Part shown: one piece after another, positions 1 to 8,354 of the stretch
Layout: each line of letters begins with the position of its first letter
How positions within the stretch are numbered: the stretch's first letter is position 1
Source: Bacteriovoracaceae bacterium
Lineage (GTDB): Bacteria > Bdellovibrionota > Bacteriovoracia > Bacteriovoracales > Bacteriovoracaceae
Direction of reading: 5' to 3'
Assembly (NCBI GenBank): GCA_965217035.1
Contig: OZ244226.1
Location: 2,090,146-2,154,145, forward strand
DNA: 64,000 nucleotides
Notes under the pieces: generated by a model
Seen by the model: the letters and a program-made list of their open reading frames with translations, nothing else
Database searches by the model: none
Told to the model about the DNA's origin: nothing
Translations under genes and position numbers: made by a program

Positions 1-1042
1 GATCGGGTAAGCGTGCGGCCGTTGTTCCTTTTCGACTACTAAAAGGAAAAACATGGAAATGGGTTGTTGGAAGCTCTTCTTTGAGAGCGCGATAATTATT
101 TTCAAATTGTCCTTCTGTTTCTCCCGGATAACCTGTAATAATATCGGCTCCAATTCCTGCCTTTGGGAAATAATCTTTTACCATAAGAAGAATATTTTTA
201 TAGAAGGAAGGGGTGTATTTTCGTCTCATCGATTTTAAAATTTGGTCATCAAAACTTTGCATTGGAATATGAAAATGATTTTGATAGATACCGGTTTCTT
301 TGAGAGTTTCAAGAAGCTCTTTAGTTATAGTATTAGGTTCGACTGAACTCATTCTTAATCTTTGAAGACCATTAATGCTCGCTATTTCTTTTATAAGATC
401 AGTAAGTTTCTCTCCGCTTTTTGCTTCATATTCACCGATATTAACTCCGGTTAAAACGATCTCTTTGTAGCCTCGTTTTACAAGTTCAAGTGCATTTTTT
501 TTTGCTTCTTTTACTGTAATGGTTCTTGAGCGCCCTCTCGCGAAAGGAATAATACAAAAGCTACAAACGTAATTGCATCCGTCTTGAATTTTTAAAAAAG
601 CACGTGTGTGATTTTGATCAGAAGGAGTGCTATAAGCTCCCCAAAATTCATTTGTTAGATCAATCTTGGAATTATTTTTCTCATTTTCATCAAGATATTC
701 AAAAACTTTATACTTTTCTGAATTTCCCAGAATAAGATCCACTCCTTGCATTTTTTGAATCTTCTCCGATTCCATTTGTGCATAGCATCCTGCAACGACA
801 ACCTTTGCTTCAGGGGAGTTCTTTTGGGCTTTTCGAATCATGTTTCGACAGCTCGAATCAGCTCCGTCGGTAACGGTACAAGTATTGAGGAAAACCACGT
901 CGGCAGGGTCTTCAAAAGGGACAATTCTATAGCCTCGGTCTTCAAAACCCTTGGCAATACTGCCCGTTTCTGAAAAGTTCAAACGGCATCCAAGAGTGTG
1001 AAAAGACACTTTTGGGGCATTTGAGGGGACTTCTTTTTCCAT
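1..1042 (-). CDS. mtaB: tRNA t6A37 methylthiotransferase MtaB (3' end runs off the window)
   Basis: Not in the ORF track. Hand translation from ATG at 1042 gives MEKEVPSNAPKVSFHTLGCRLNFSE...NTCTVT...VVAGCYAQ...FLKIQDGCNYVCSFCIIPFARG (radical SAM CxxxCxxC)...HVFPFSSRKGT. Confidence 0.93.
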   Translation of the reverse strand, partial: MEKEVPSNAPKVSFHTLGCRLNFSETGSIAKGFEDRGYRIVPFEDPADVVFLNTCTVTDGADSSCRNMIRKAQKNSPEAKVVVAGCYAQMESEKIQKMQGVDLILGNSEKYKVFEYLDENEKNNSKIDLTNEFWGAYSTPSDQNHTRAFLKIQDGCNYVCSFCIIPFARGRSRTITVKEAKKNALELVKRGYKEIVLTGVNIGEYEAKSGEKLTDLIKEIASINGLQRLRMSSVEPNTITKELLETLKETGIYQNHFHIPMQSFDDQILKSMRRKYTPSFYKNILLMVKDYFPKAGIGADIITGYPGETEGQFENNYRALKEELPTTHFHVFPFSSRKGTTAARLPD

Positions 1043-1104
1043 GGACTCTCTACTTAGCATTAAAAAATCCATCCGAAAATAGTTGAAACTCTAGACGGTT
1101 TTCG

Positions 1105-1133
1105 TTGACTTATTAAGGCTAACCCCATAAATT
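1105..1133 (+). promoter_or_regulatory. sigma70-like promoter of the tRNA pair
   Basis: TTGACT-17 nt-TAAATT, ending 23 nt upstream of tRNA-Lys. Confidence 0.6.
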
Positions 1134-1156
1134 TATGAGCTCAGTATTGAAAGTGT

Positions 1157-1233
1157 GGTCTCTTAGCTCAGTTGGTTAGAGCACCTCCCTTTTAAGGAGG
1201 GGGTCCTGTGTTCGAGTCACAGAGGGATCACCA
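1157..1233 (+). tRNA. tRNA-Lys (anticodon UUU)
   Basis: Cloverleaf: acceptor GGTCTCT/AGGGATC, D arm GCTCAGTTGGTTAGAGC, anticodon arm CCTCC-CTTTTAA-GGAGG, T loop TTCGAGT, encoded CCA. Confidence 0.96.
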
Positions 1234-1265
1234 TTCAATATTGGAAATCGATGGAATTTGAAAAT

Positions 1266-1343
1266 GCTCCCATCGTCTAGCCCGGTCTAGGACATCGCCT
1301 TTTCACGGCGGTAACAGGGGTTCGAATCCCCTTGGGAGTGCCA
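1266..1343 (+). tRNA. tRNA-Glu (anticodon UUC)
   Basis: Acceptor GCTCCCA/TGGGAGT, anticodon arm TCGCC-TTTTCAC-GGCGG, T arm AGGGG-TTCGAAT-CCCCT, encoded CCA. Confidence 0.96.
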
Positions 1344-1357
1344 GTTTAAAATAAAAG

Positions 1358-1384
1358 AAGGTCAGCGAAAGCTGGCCTTTTTTT
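1358..1384 (+). terminator. intrinsic terminator of the tRNA operon
   Basis: AAGGTCAGC-GAAA-GCTGGCCTT followed by a T run. Confidence 0.85.
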
Positions 1385-1425
1385 ATTTTTAAATTCTACT
1401 TTCATCGGAGATGAAGAAGTTTGTT

Positions 1426-1510
1426 GGGGTTCATGAAAATAGCATCTTGCTATGTTCAAACGTAGCCTCGAAGAGGGCGAGGGCAGGAGGCCGAGATAAA
1501 TCCCCTAGGG
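1426..1510 (+). repeat. partial copy of the tRNA-Glu T-arm/3' end with a structured insert in the T-loop
   Basis: GGGGTTC (1426-1432)...AATCCCCTAGGG (1499-1510) matches tRNA-Glu GGGGTTCGAATCCCCTTGGG; the insert holds small hairpins. Confidence 0.55.
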
Positions 1511-1512
1511 TT

Positions 1513-1815
1513 TCACTTTTTTCCGATGCACTTCTTAAGTTTTTTCAAGTGATTAAAAGGTCTCGCATCAACTCCGGGAGCTATCAATTTGATTTTCTTT
1601 ATTTTATAAGGACATTTACTGTCCTCGATTTCATAACGATATTTATATTGATCAATAAGTGAAAGCTCACACTGAATTGGCAATTTTGTTCTCTCGGAAA
1701 GTTGATTTTCGTTTACTAAAATGAAGCACTTGTCATTTTTTTCAATATGTCTTCCTTCTAACATAATGGCGAGGGCATAAAGAGGAATAAAGAATAAAAT
1801 TGTTATGAGCTTCAT
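1513..1815 (-). CDS. small secreted hypothetical protein (4 Cys)
   Basis: Signal peptide MKLITILFFIPLYALA; ATG directly follows the upstream stop (TAAATG). Confidence 0.7.
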   Translation of the reverse strand: MKLITILFFIPLYALAIMLEGRHIEKNDKCFILVNENQLSERTKLPIQCELSLIDQYKYRYEIEDSKCPYKIKKIKLIAPGVDARPFNHLKKLKKCIGKK

Positions 1816-3711
1816 TTAGTATCCCATTTCACACATAAGTTTATTAATAAAGTCATTTTTAGCCCGAGGATCTTTGATATCTTTGTAAATATCATTCATT
1901 TTTTTGAGTGTGTTCATCTCGTACATTAATGGAGCATATTTTTTAAAAGCAGGACAACTTATAACTTCGTACCAAAGATTATCTTCCTTTTTCTTTAAAT
2001 TGTTTTCAGTGCTTATGTAATTTTCAGAAAGAGCTTTTTTTAGGTCGTTTATGGCTTCTTTATAAGTGACTTGTTTTTGATTGGAGTAAGAGGTTTTTAG
2101 TTGATAGTATTCAAGCTTTTGGTTTCGACTTGGGGTATTTAAAGGATCGGACTTTTCCAAAACTTTTATTGAGGTTTTTTCATTTAAAGCTTCATCATAA
2201 GTTTTACCATCTTCTCGAATTATTTTTTTCATACTTCGCATAAGATCATTAAGCTCTGAATAAACGATTCTTTCATTGTCTAAGAAGTTTCTGTAAATTG
2301 TGTCGTATGGAATGGAGGAGTTAAGTCCTTTTTTGTAACAATCTCTTAAGCTCTCACGGAAAGTAGAAGAGGAGAGAAGAGAATTCATTTCCTTTTGTTT
2401 TTGAGCAAAGACTTTTTTTGCGAGTGAGTCAGTGACACCTTCGGCTAGTTGATTAATTCGGATGTCATGAGCAATATTAATGAAGCAATCAGTAGGCGAG
2501 AGGCTTTTGGTGTCCCTAAGATTCTCGCTGGGGACTACTAAGTTTTCAGAATCTTTGAATTTTGTTTGATCTTCGTTATACCCGAAGAGCTCTTTTCCTT
2601 TTGCAAGCCAACCTCTATTCCTGCGTTCTTTTTCCCATTTTTTAGCAAGTTTTTCGATACTTTTTAAACGTTCAGAGTTATTTAGTATTGATTTTTCAAT
2701 ATAGGGTTTTAAAAATTCTCCATAGTTGTAATTAAGACTAGGAAAATCATTACGGAAATCCCATTTCGGTTTATAGTTTGTATTAAAACCAGGATCAGTA
2801 TCCCAAGAAGCATCATTAATCCCAAAGATACTGTGATGCTGATGAGCAAATTGATTTGATTGATTTGATTTTTTAAAGTACTTCCTCGCTGAAGAAAGAG
2901 TAGATGTGTCCCATTTATATGTTTTGCTATCTCTCAAATAATCCCATTCGTTATTCGTTTTAACTTTTGCTCCAGTTGAAATGAAATTCATTCCTTTGCC
3001 AGGTTGAAAACTATCCCAGACGCTTTCAGTAAAAGTATCACTCCTTTCATTGGCATTTTTATCACGTAAAAGAGAACTAATTACGGCAGTAGTGTAAGGT
3101 TTTGCCTGAGCAAGGGAGCAATAGCGTACCTTTGGGTGAAGATAAGCCCCAAGGTCATTATGATGTCCGGAATAACATTGAAAATAGACTCCATTAATTT
3201 TTTTCACTTTGCCTGGAATTCCTGCTTGATTTAAGGCTGCAGCAATTTCTTTTTTTGAAAGGGTTTTTCCTTCAGCATCATTGAGATAAAGGTCTCCTGT
3301 CCCATCTTCTCCATGAGCAGCTGTTTGAAGAACAAGGTTGTCACCTTGTTTTATTTTTGAAGAAGCTTTTTTCAATGCTTTTTTTATCACCTTTTCTGAA
3401 CAACTATGAATTCCACAGTCAGGATGACTGTTTATTAAAGTGCCATTGGGGCATTTTAGATTAGCTCCAATAAGCATGGTCACTTGAACACCTTTGGCCT
3501 TAGCAGCAGAGTAGGAATTACAGATTGTCTGCATCAAGACTGTTTCACTATACTTTTTAGCATCAAGTGTATGGGTTGCCTCATCGTAAGCGCCTTTCTT
3601 GATTGCTTGGTCTGTACTGTATTTACCAATCGCTGTTCCTATTAAGATGAGATGATCTCCAGCCAGAGCAGAAGTGATTAAAAATATTAGTAAAGAAAGG
3701 AACTTGAGCAT
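1816..3711 (-). CDS. secreted protein with N-terminal caspase/legumain-like (clan CD) cysteine protease domain
   Basis: Signal peptide; His-Gly after a hydrophobic strand (DNLVLQTAAHG) and Cys after the next strand (GVYFQCYSG); helical C-terminus. Confidence 0.65.
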   Translation of the reverse strand: MLKFLSLLIFLITSALAGDHLILIGTAIGKYSTDQAIKKGAYDEATHTLDAKKYSETVLMQTICNSYSAAKAKGVQVTMLIGANLKCPNGTLINSHPDCGIHSCSEKVIKKALKKASSKIKQGDNLVLQTAAHGEDGTGDLYLNDAEGKTLSKKEIAAALNQAGIPGKVKKINGVYFQCYSGHHNDLGAYLHPKVRYCSLAQAKPYTTAVISSLLRDKNANERSDTFTESVWDSFQPGKGMNFISTGAKVKTNNEWDYLRDSKTYKWDTSTLSSARKYFKKSNQSNQFAHQHHSIFGINDASWDTDPGFNTNYKPKWDFRNDFPSLNYNYGEFLKPYIEKSILNNSERLKSIEKLAKKWEKERRNRGWLAKGKELFGYNEDQTKFKDSENLVVPSENLRDTKSLSPTDCFINIAHDIRINQLAEGVTDSLAKKVFAQKQKEMNSLLSSSTFRESLRDCYKKGLNSSIPYDTIYRNFLDNERIVYSELNDLMRSMKKIIREDGKTYDEALNEKTSIKVLEKSDPLNTPSRNQKLEYYQLKTSYSNQKQVTYKEAINDLKKALSENYISTENNLKKKEDNLWYEVISCPAFKKYAPLMYEMNTLKKMNDIYKDIKDPRAKNDFINKLMCEMGY

Positions 3712-3717
3712 AATGAA

Positions 3718-3744
3718 TTATCGGTATTTTTTATTAAGAGCCTA
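3718..3744 (-). promoter_or_regulatory. sigma28 (FliA)-like promoter
   Basis: TAGG-N15-ACCGATAA on the minus strand, 6 nt from ATG 3711; the -35 box is imperfect. Confidence 0.45.
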
Positions 3745-3885
3745 AATATTTGTATGAGGGTATCTGTCATTAATGCTCAGAGAGAATAAGTCTAGTTATT
3801 TCAATGAGTTAGGCGACTGTATTTTTTACTAAAAAGGCTTAAAAACACCCTTTAATTCCCCTCTCTATGATATAAATCTTCTACT

Positions 3886-5127
3886 ATGAAAATAGTGAGT
3901 CTATTCCTTATTTTTAGCTACTTCCTGATATCTTGTGGGAAAGAGAACGAAACCGTTCGGGAGTCAGCTATTTCTTCTAAGGAAGCAGAAAATCTTTCGA
4001 TTGAGGTTGATGAAAGATCTGAGAGCAATCGAGAGATTGCCCGAAAGCTTTTATCTGAGTTTCGTATTGATCTGACGAAACATGCATCAATATTAAAAAG
4101 CCTTAAAAAAGCGAATTATGATCTCGATGATATTGATAAAATGATTGAACTTCTTGATAACTATTCAGAAAATGCTGATTTCATTTCTTCTAAGATCGCT
4201 GAGCTTCGTGTTCATGCTCCAAAAGAGATTAAGATTGAAAATACACAAGAGAAAAAAGATCATGCTCTTGTGACTGGACTTAATGCCAAAAATTACTCTA
4301 AGGCAGTTAATCAATACCTGATTGAGAGAATAAGAGATGAAGATTTTGAGAGGTTAGAAAGGGAAGCGAAAGAAAAGAAAGAGTATGAGGAATTAGTAAA
4401 AGAGGTTAAAAAGCTTCTTGAAAATGAAAAATCTAAAACATTTCAACTGAAAGCATTTGAGGTGAGAAAGTCTGAGATTCATTCCTACAAAATTTATGCT
4501 GAAGAAGAGTTGAAGAATTTAAAGAACAAGAAACTCGATTATGAAAAAGAATTAAATGAGATCGATAGCGAAGTTAAAGAATTAAGCCGGAACACTATCG
4601 CGACTCTTTGGAATCGTAGTGCAATCAACGATCTGAATAAGCGAACTAAGGATTTAAAAGAGAAATTAAGTGATTCTAAGTTTTCAATCAATGAAATCGC
4701 TGAAAAGTATCAACTGGTTGATGAGGCATTTATTCAACTTGAAAAAGACCAAGCTGCTTATGAACTGGGCAGTTACTCTTTAACGACATTCTCGAGCATT
4801 AGAAGCATTTCTTATGGTGATATTATCGATTGGGGAGAGCCTCATCCGTCAGTATTAATCCATCTTACATTAGACCAGGCTCATTATAATAAGAAGTTTA
4901 AAAAACGATTGAAAGATCAGAACAATATTCAAAAGCCTGTCTGTAGTTATAGAGTCCCTTATAAGACGACAAGTATTTATAAAATTACAAGTACAAGCCG
5001 TCTTAATGAATTTCTTCTCGATCAATCTAACCTTCATCTTATTATGGCTGAAGAGATAAAACTGATTCAAGCGGCAATTCGTGGTATTGAAAATTTTGGT
5101 TGTTTTCTTATTCTGAATAGATTTTAG
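3886..5127 (+). CDS. coiled-coil lipoprotein, unknown function
   Basis: Lipobox LISC; long E/K-rich helical region. Confidence 0.75.
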   Translation: MKIVSLFLIFSYFLISCGKENETVRESAISSKEAENLSIEVDERSESNREIARKLLSEFRIDLTKHASILKSLKKANYDLDDIDKMIELLDNYSENADFISSKIAELRVHAPKEIKIENTQEKKDHALVTGLNAKNYSKAVNQYLIERIRDEDFERLEREAKEKKEYEELVKEVKKLLENEKSKTFQLKAFEVRKSEIHSYKIYAEEELKNLKNKKLDYEKELNEIDSEVKELSRNTIATLWNRSAINDLNKRTKDLKEKLSDSKFSINEIAEKYQLVDEAFIQLEKDQAAYELGSYSLTTFSSIRSISYGDIIDWGEPHPSVLIHLTLDQAHYNKKFKKRLKDQNNIQKPVCSYRVPYKTTSIYKITSTSRLNEFLLDQSNLHLIMAEEIKLIQAAIRGIENFGCFLILNRF

Positions 5128-5393
5128 AAAAAATAGCTTAAATTAATTTGAAGATAATCTCCATTCTCTAATGCTGCGAAGAATATAGAAGGCCTCAATT
5201 AAAGCCTCGGATTTTTTTGGAAACTTAGAAAGAACTTTTAATTTTAGCTAATTAGTTATGATGCCAACTTTAATTGACACTTTTTTCATTTGTAATTCTA
5301 AGCCTTTAGGTCTTTTAAACTCGGTATCTTCTTAAAATTGTTGAGATACTTAAGTTTTAACCATGTGCTTTCCCAGGCCCGCTATAATGAATC

Positions 5394-6731
5394 ATGTTAA
5401 TGAAAAAGAGTTTCAAGATCGTCCTGATGGAGCATCGGGTCGATTATCGCGCTATTTATGGTCTTAATCTATCGATCTACCTGGAAGCTGAGGTAGAAGT
5501 TGCTAAAACAATTAAGGAAGTTATTAGTCTGGTTGAGAATGGAGAGATAGACCTTGTTTTTATTAATAATGATGCTTACTCGCAAGACGTCGCCCAAGAT
5601 TTGTGGAAAATATTTGAGGAGCGTGAGGTGAGAGCTGAACTTATTGTTTTAGGAAAAACTTTGGTTCCACAAGATTACGTAACAGTCTTTGATTCTAAGA
5701 TACAGCTCAGAGATGTTCTACAGTCAGTTGCAAGAATTATGGGAGTTACCTCAAGGGATATGGTTGAAAAATATAAAGATGAATATTATCCCTTACCGAT
5801 GAACTTTGTTGTCCCTGGCTGGCAAACCAATGTTGATATCTTTGTTCGTCAACACAATGAATTCATTAAGGTTTTCAATATAGAAGATGTCATTCTCTCC
5901 GGAGAACTTGAGTATCTTGAAGATGGAGATCTTCAGCAAGTTTTTATTAAAAGTAAGCAACGATTGAAATTCGCTAATTTTATTACAATTCAATTGAGCG
6001 CTCAGTTAAATAATCCTAAACTTACCATCGATGAACGCCATAGGGTGACTGGTGTTGCCTATGAGATGGTTATGGAGCAAGCAAGGCAAATTGGTATTAC
6101 AACGACAACGATGGATCTTGCAAACGATTGCATGAAATCAATGAAGGCCATTGTTAAAGGTGTTCATAAACTCGATAAGTTATTAGGTTATCTTTTAAAA
6201 ATGCCTACGAGTTATCGTTATAAGCAAAGTCTGCTTATTAATTATATTGGAAGTCACATTCTAAAAAAAATGAAATGGGCAAGTCGAGATCAATTAGAGG
6301 TTTTTACCTTTTGCTCATTCTTTCACAATATTGCTCTTTATAAAGATGCTTATGTGAAAATTAGAGATGATCATGTTCTTGAAAAACACAAATATCTGAC
6401 ACGACGGGAAAAGGAACTAATCTCGAAGCATGCTTTGGCTGCGGCGAGATTAGTTTCTGAAGTCCCTGATAAAATTCCTTATGAAGCGACAATTATTTTG
6501 AAGCAACATCATGGGACTTCGAGTGGCATTGGGTTTAATAATATTTCACGGAAAATTTCTCCTTTAGCGATGATATTTGTCTTGGCTGAGGAGTGGGCCA
6601 ATATCGTATTGGAGTATGAAACTGAGACCAAAAGACCGTCGAGAGAAGAGGTTTATGAACTAATCGCAGCGAAATATAATTTTCCCGATTATGAAACGAT
6701 TCTTCCTGCGTTAAGAACTCTAGAAATTTAA
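5394..6731 (+). CDS. receiver-like domain plus degenerate HD-GYP-like domain protein
   Basis: N-terminal REC-like pattern (KIVLME...IDLVFIN); C-terminal FFHNIAL and QHHG...GIGF in place of HD and HHE...GYP. Confidence 0.7.
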   Translation: MLMKKSFKIVLMEHRVDYRAIYGLNLSIYLEAEVEVAKTIKEVISLVENGEIDLVFINNDAYSQDVAQDLWKIFEEREVRAELIVLGKTLVPQDYVTVFDSKIQLRDVLQSVARIMGVTSRDMVEKYKDEYYPLPMNFVVPGWQTNVDIFVRQHNEFIKVFNIEDVILSGELEYLEDGDLQQVFIKSKQRLKFANFITIQLSAQLNNPKLTIDERHRVTGVAYEMVMEQARQIGITTTTMDLANDCMKSMKAIVKGVHKLDKLLGYLLKMPTSYRYKQSLLINYIGSHILKKMKWASRDQLEVFTFCSFFHNIALYKDAYVKIRDDHVLEKHKYLTRREKELISKHALAAARLVSEVPDKIPYEATIILKQHHGTSSGIGFNNISRKISPLAMIFVLAEEWANIVLEYETETKRPSREEVYELIAAKYNFPDYETILPALRTLEI

Positions 6732-7138
6732 AAAAATGAAGTGAGTTCTTTGGCAAATTCTTTTATCTCATCCCTTACTCGTTGGTACACAGGAAGAATT
6801 TCATCGATATTTTCTTTTTCTTTGGTAAGAAAAGGAGGATCATCGAAGCCTTTGTGAATAATTTTAGCTCCAGGTACGTAAGGACAGGTTTCGTGAGCAT
6901 GTCCACAAACAGTGAAAACATAATCAAATTTTATTCCGGTATGCTCTTCAAGTAGTTGGGATTCTTGATCTGAGATATCAATTCCATCTTGTTTCATGAC
7001 AGTAATGGCATGAGGGTTTAATCCATGTTTTTTTATTCCTGCTGAATAAACTCTAAGTTCAGGATGAAAATGTTTCGCATAACCTTCAGCCATTTGACTG
7101 CGACAAGAGTTTCCAGTGCATAAAAATAAAATATTCAT
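6728..7138 (-). CDS. arsC: arsenate reductase, LMW-PTPase family
   Basis: CTGNSCRSQMAE P-loop, later Cys pair (VCGHAHETCP), DDPP motif. Confidence 0.85.
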   Translation of the reverse strand: MNILFLCTGNSCRSQMAEGYAKHFHPELRVYSAGIKKHGLNPHAITVMKQDGIDISDQESQLLEEHTGIKFDYVFTVCGHAHETCPYVPGAKIIHKGFDDPPFLTKEKENIDEILPVYQRVRDEIKEFAKELTSFF

Positions 7139-7144
7139 AAAAAG

Positions 7145-7173
7145 ATAGTAGGAAGGGGCAAGAAGAAAGGCAA
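7145..7173 (-). promoter_or_regulatory. sigma70-like promoter of arsC (leaderless)
   Basis: TTGCCT-17-TACTAT, 6 nt before ATG, no SD. Confidence 0.5.
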
Positions 7174-7192
7174 GAGATCATCCTCTCTTGCC
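7160..7192 (-). terminator. intrinsic terminator of the dioxygenase gene
   Basis: GGCAAGAGA-GGATGA-TCTCTTGCC followed by TTTCTTCTT on the minus strand. Confidence 0.7.
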
Positions 7193-7256
7193 CAATGAGA
7201 TCTGGAATTCTATTCTGGAAAAAGACCTGATGGTCGGTATTTTTGAGATAAAGCTT

Positions 7257-7913
7257 CTAAAGCTTATTTAACGTCAGTTTCAAAAAACCCTTTTTATGAG
7301 GAAGCTCATCGTAACGTTTCGTATCTTTAAAATCGACGATGACAGCTTTTCTTTCAGAGGCCGTTAAGCTTTTTAGGATTCGATCTTTTTTATTAAGAGG
7401 ATGCCCTTTGAAATAAGTTTGAGTTATTAATTCTTCAAATCCTCTTAGTGAAACCTTGAAGTGAAGATGTGGAGGGCGAACCCATTCTGCTGTTGCAGGG
7501 TAAGCTCCAGGAACAATCGTTCGGACTTGGAATCGACCATTTTTATCAGTTCTCAGTTTTGCATAGTATTGAAAGTTTGGATCAAGTTCTGCTTCATTAG
7601 GATCAGAACGATGATTGTATTTCCCTGATGCGCAAGCTTGCCAAAGTTCAACGATTGCTCCTTCTACTGGCTGGCACATTTGATCTTGGACAATTCCCCT
7701 AAGGATGACAATTTTTCCCTTTGCTATTTTCTTTTTGCCTTTCATTTTTATCATGTCAGCGTCACTTTCTTTGATATCGAAGTCAGGAAAAAAAGGTCCT
7801 TCAGTTTGTGGCGCCGTTGGTTCGCAAACAAGATTTTGAGCTTGAAGTGGTAAAGCGGCTAATGTTGATGCGCCTAATAAGGTCTTCTTTAAAAATTCTC
7901 TTCTTTCTTTCAT
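7257..7913 (-). CDS. Tat-exported intradiol ring-cleavage dioxygenase (protocatechuate 3,4-dioxygenase-like)
   Basis: ERREFLK Tat motif; TEGPF, ELWQA..GKY, PGAY, RPPHLH (Tyr/Tyr/His/His iron ligands). Confidence 0.85.
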   Translation of the reverse strand: MKERREFLKKTLLGASTLAALPLQAQNLVCEPTAPQTEGPFFPDFDIKESDADMIKMKGKKKIAKGKIVILRGIVQDQMCQPVEGAIVELWQACASGKYNHRSDPNEAELDPNFQYYAKLRTDKNGRFQVRTIVPGAYPATAEWVRPPHLHFKVSLRGFEELITQTYFKGHPLNKKDRILKSLTASERKAVIVDFKDTKRYDELPHKKGFLKLTLNKL

Positions 7914-8004
7914 AAGTATTCCCCCTTATATTTCTTTCGCGTTTCTTACATTAGTAATGTGGATTTATCCAGTTATAGTTTGTCTATCGTTAGAAATAGT
8001 TTCT

Positions 8005-8265
8005 TTACAAATAGATCCTTATTTTCTTTATAATTTTTTCGATTTGCCTTAAGGCTGGTTCAATCATTGGTCTTTCACCGGTAATAACCTCAGTAACAGA
8101 AACGTCAAAGATTAAAGCGAGTTTTTCATAGGGTTCGCCTTTGATTTGTCTTCCTTGCTCCCATTCTCTATAAGTGCTCGGAGCGACAGAAAGCTTTCTC
8201 GCAACCTCTGAGACTGTGAGATTTTTTAATTGCCTTAATTTCTTTAATCTTTGAGCCAGTTCCAT
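8005..8265 (-). CDS. XRE-family HTH regulator
   Basis: LKKLRQLKNLTVSEVARKLSVAPSTYREWEQG cro/C1 HTH pattern. Confidence 0.85.
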   Translation of the reverse strand: MELAQRLKKLRQLKNLTVSEVARKLSVAPSTYREWEQGRQIKGEPYEKLALIFDVSVTEVITGERPMIEPALRQIEKIIKKIRIYL

Positions 8266-8354
8266 ATTATTTTCTCTATTTCTTTAATTGATACTAAATA
8301 TTTGACTTTGATAAGTTAAATTAATAAATATTATGAATAATATAGGTATTCTTT

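Noticed and set aside
53..973. Plus-strand ORFs 53..238 and 746..973
   Set aside because: Antisense shadows of mtaB
1411..1662. 83-aa plus-strand ORF
   Set aside because: Runs through the tRNA-like element and overlaps a better minus-strand gene; no protein motif
7169..7257. Possible sigma28-driven sRNA (GAAG-N15-ACCGACCA up to the hairpin)
   Set aside because: Promoter match is weak and the hairpin is adequately explained as the dioxygenase terminator
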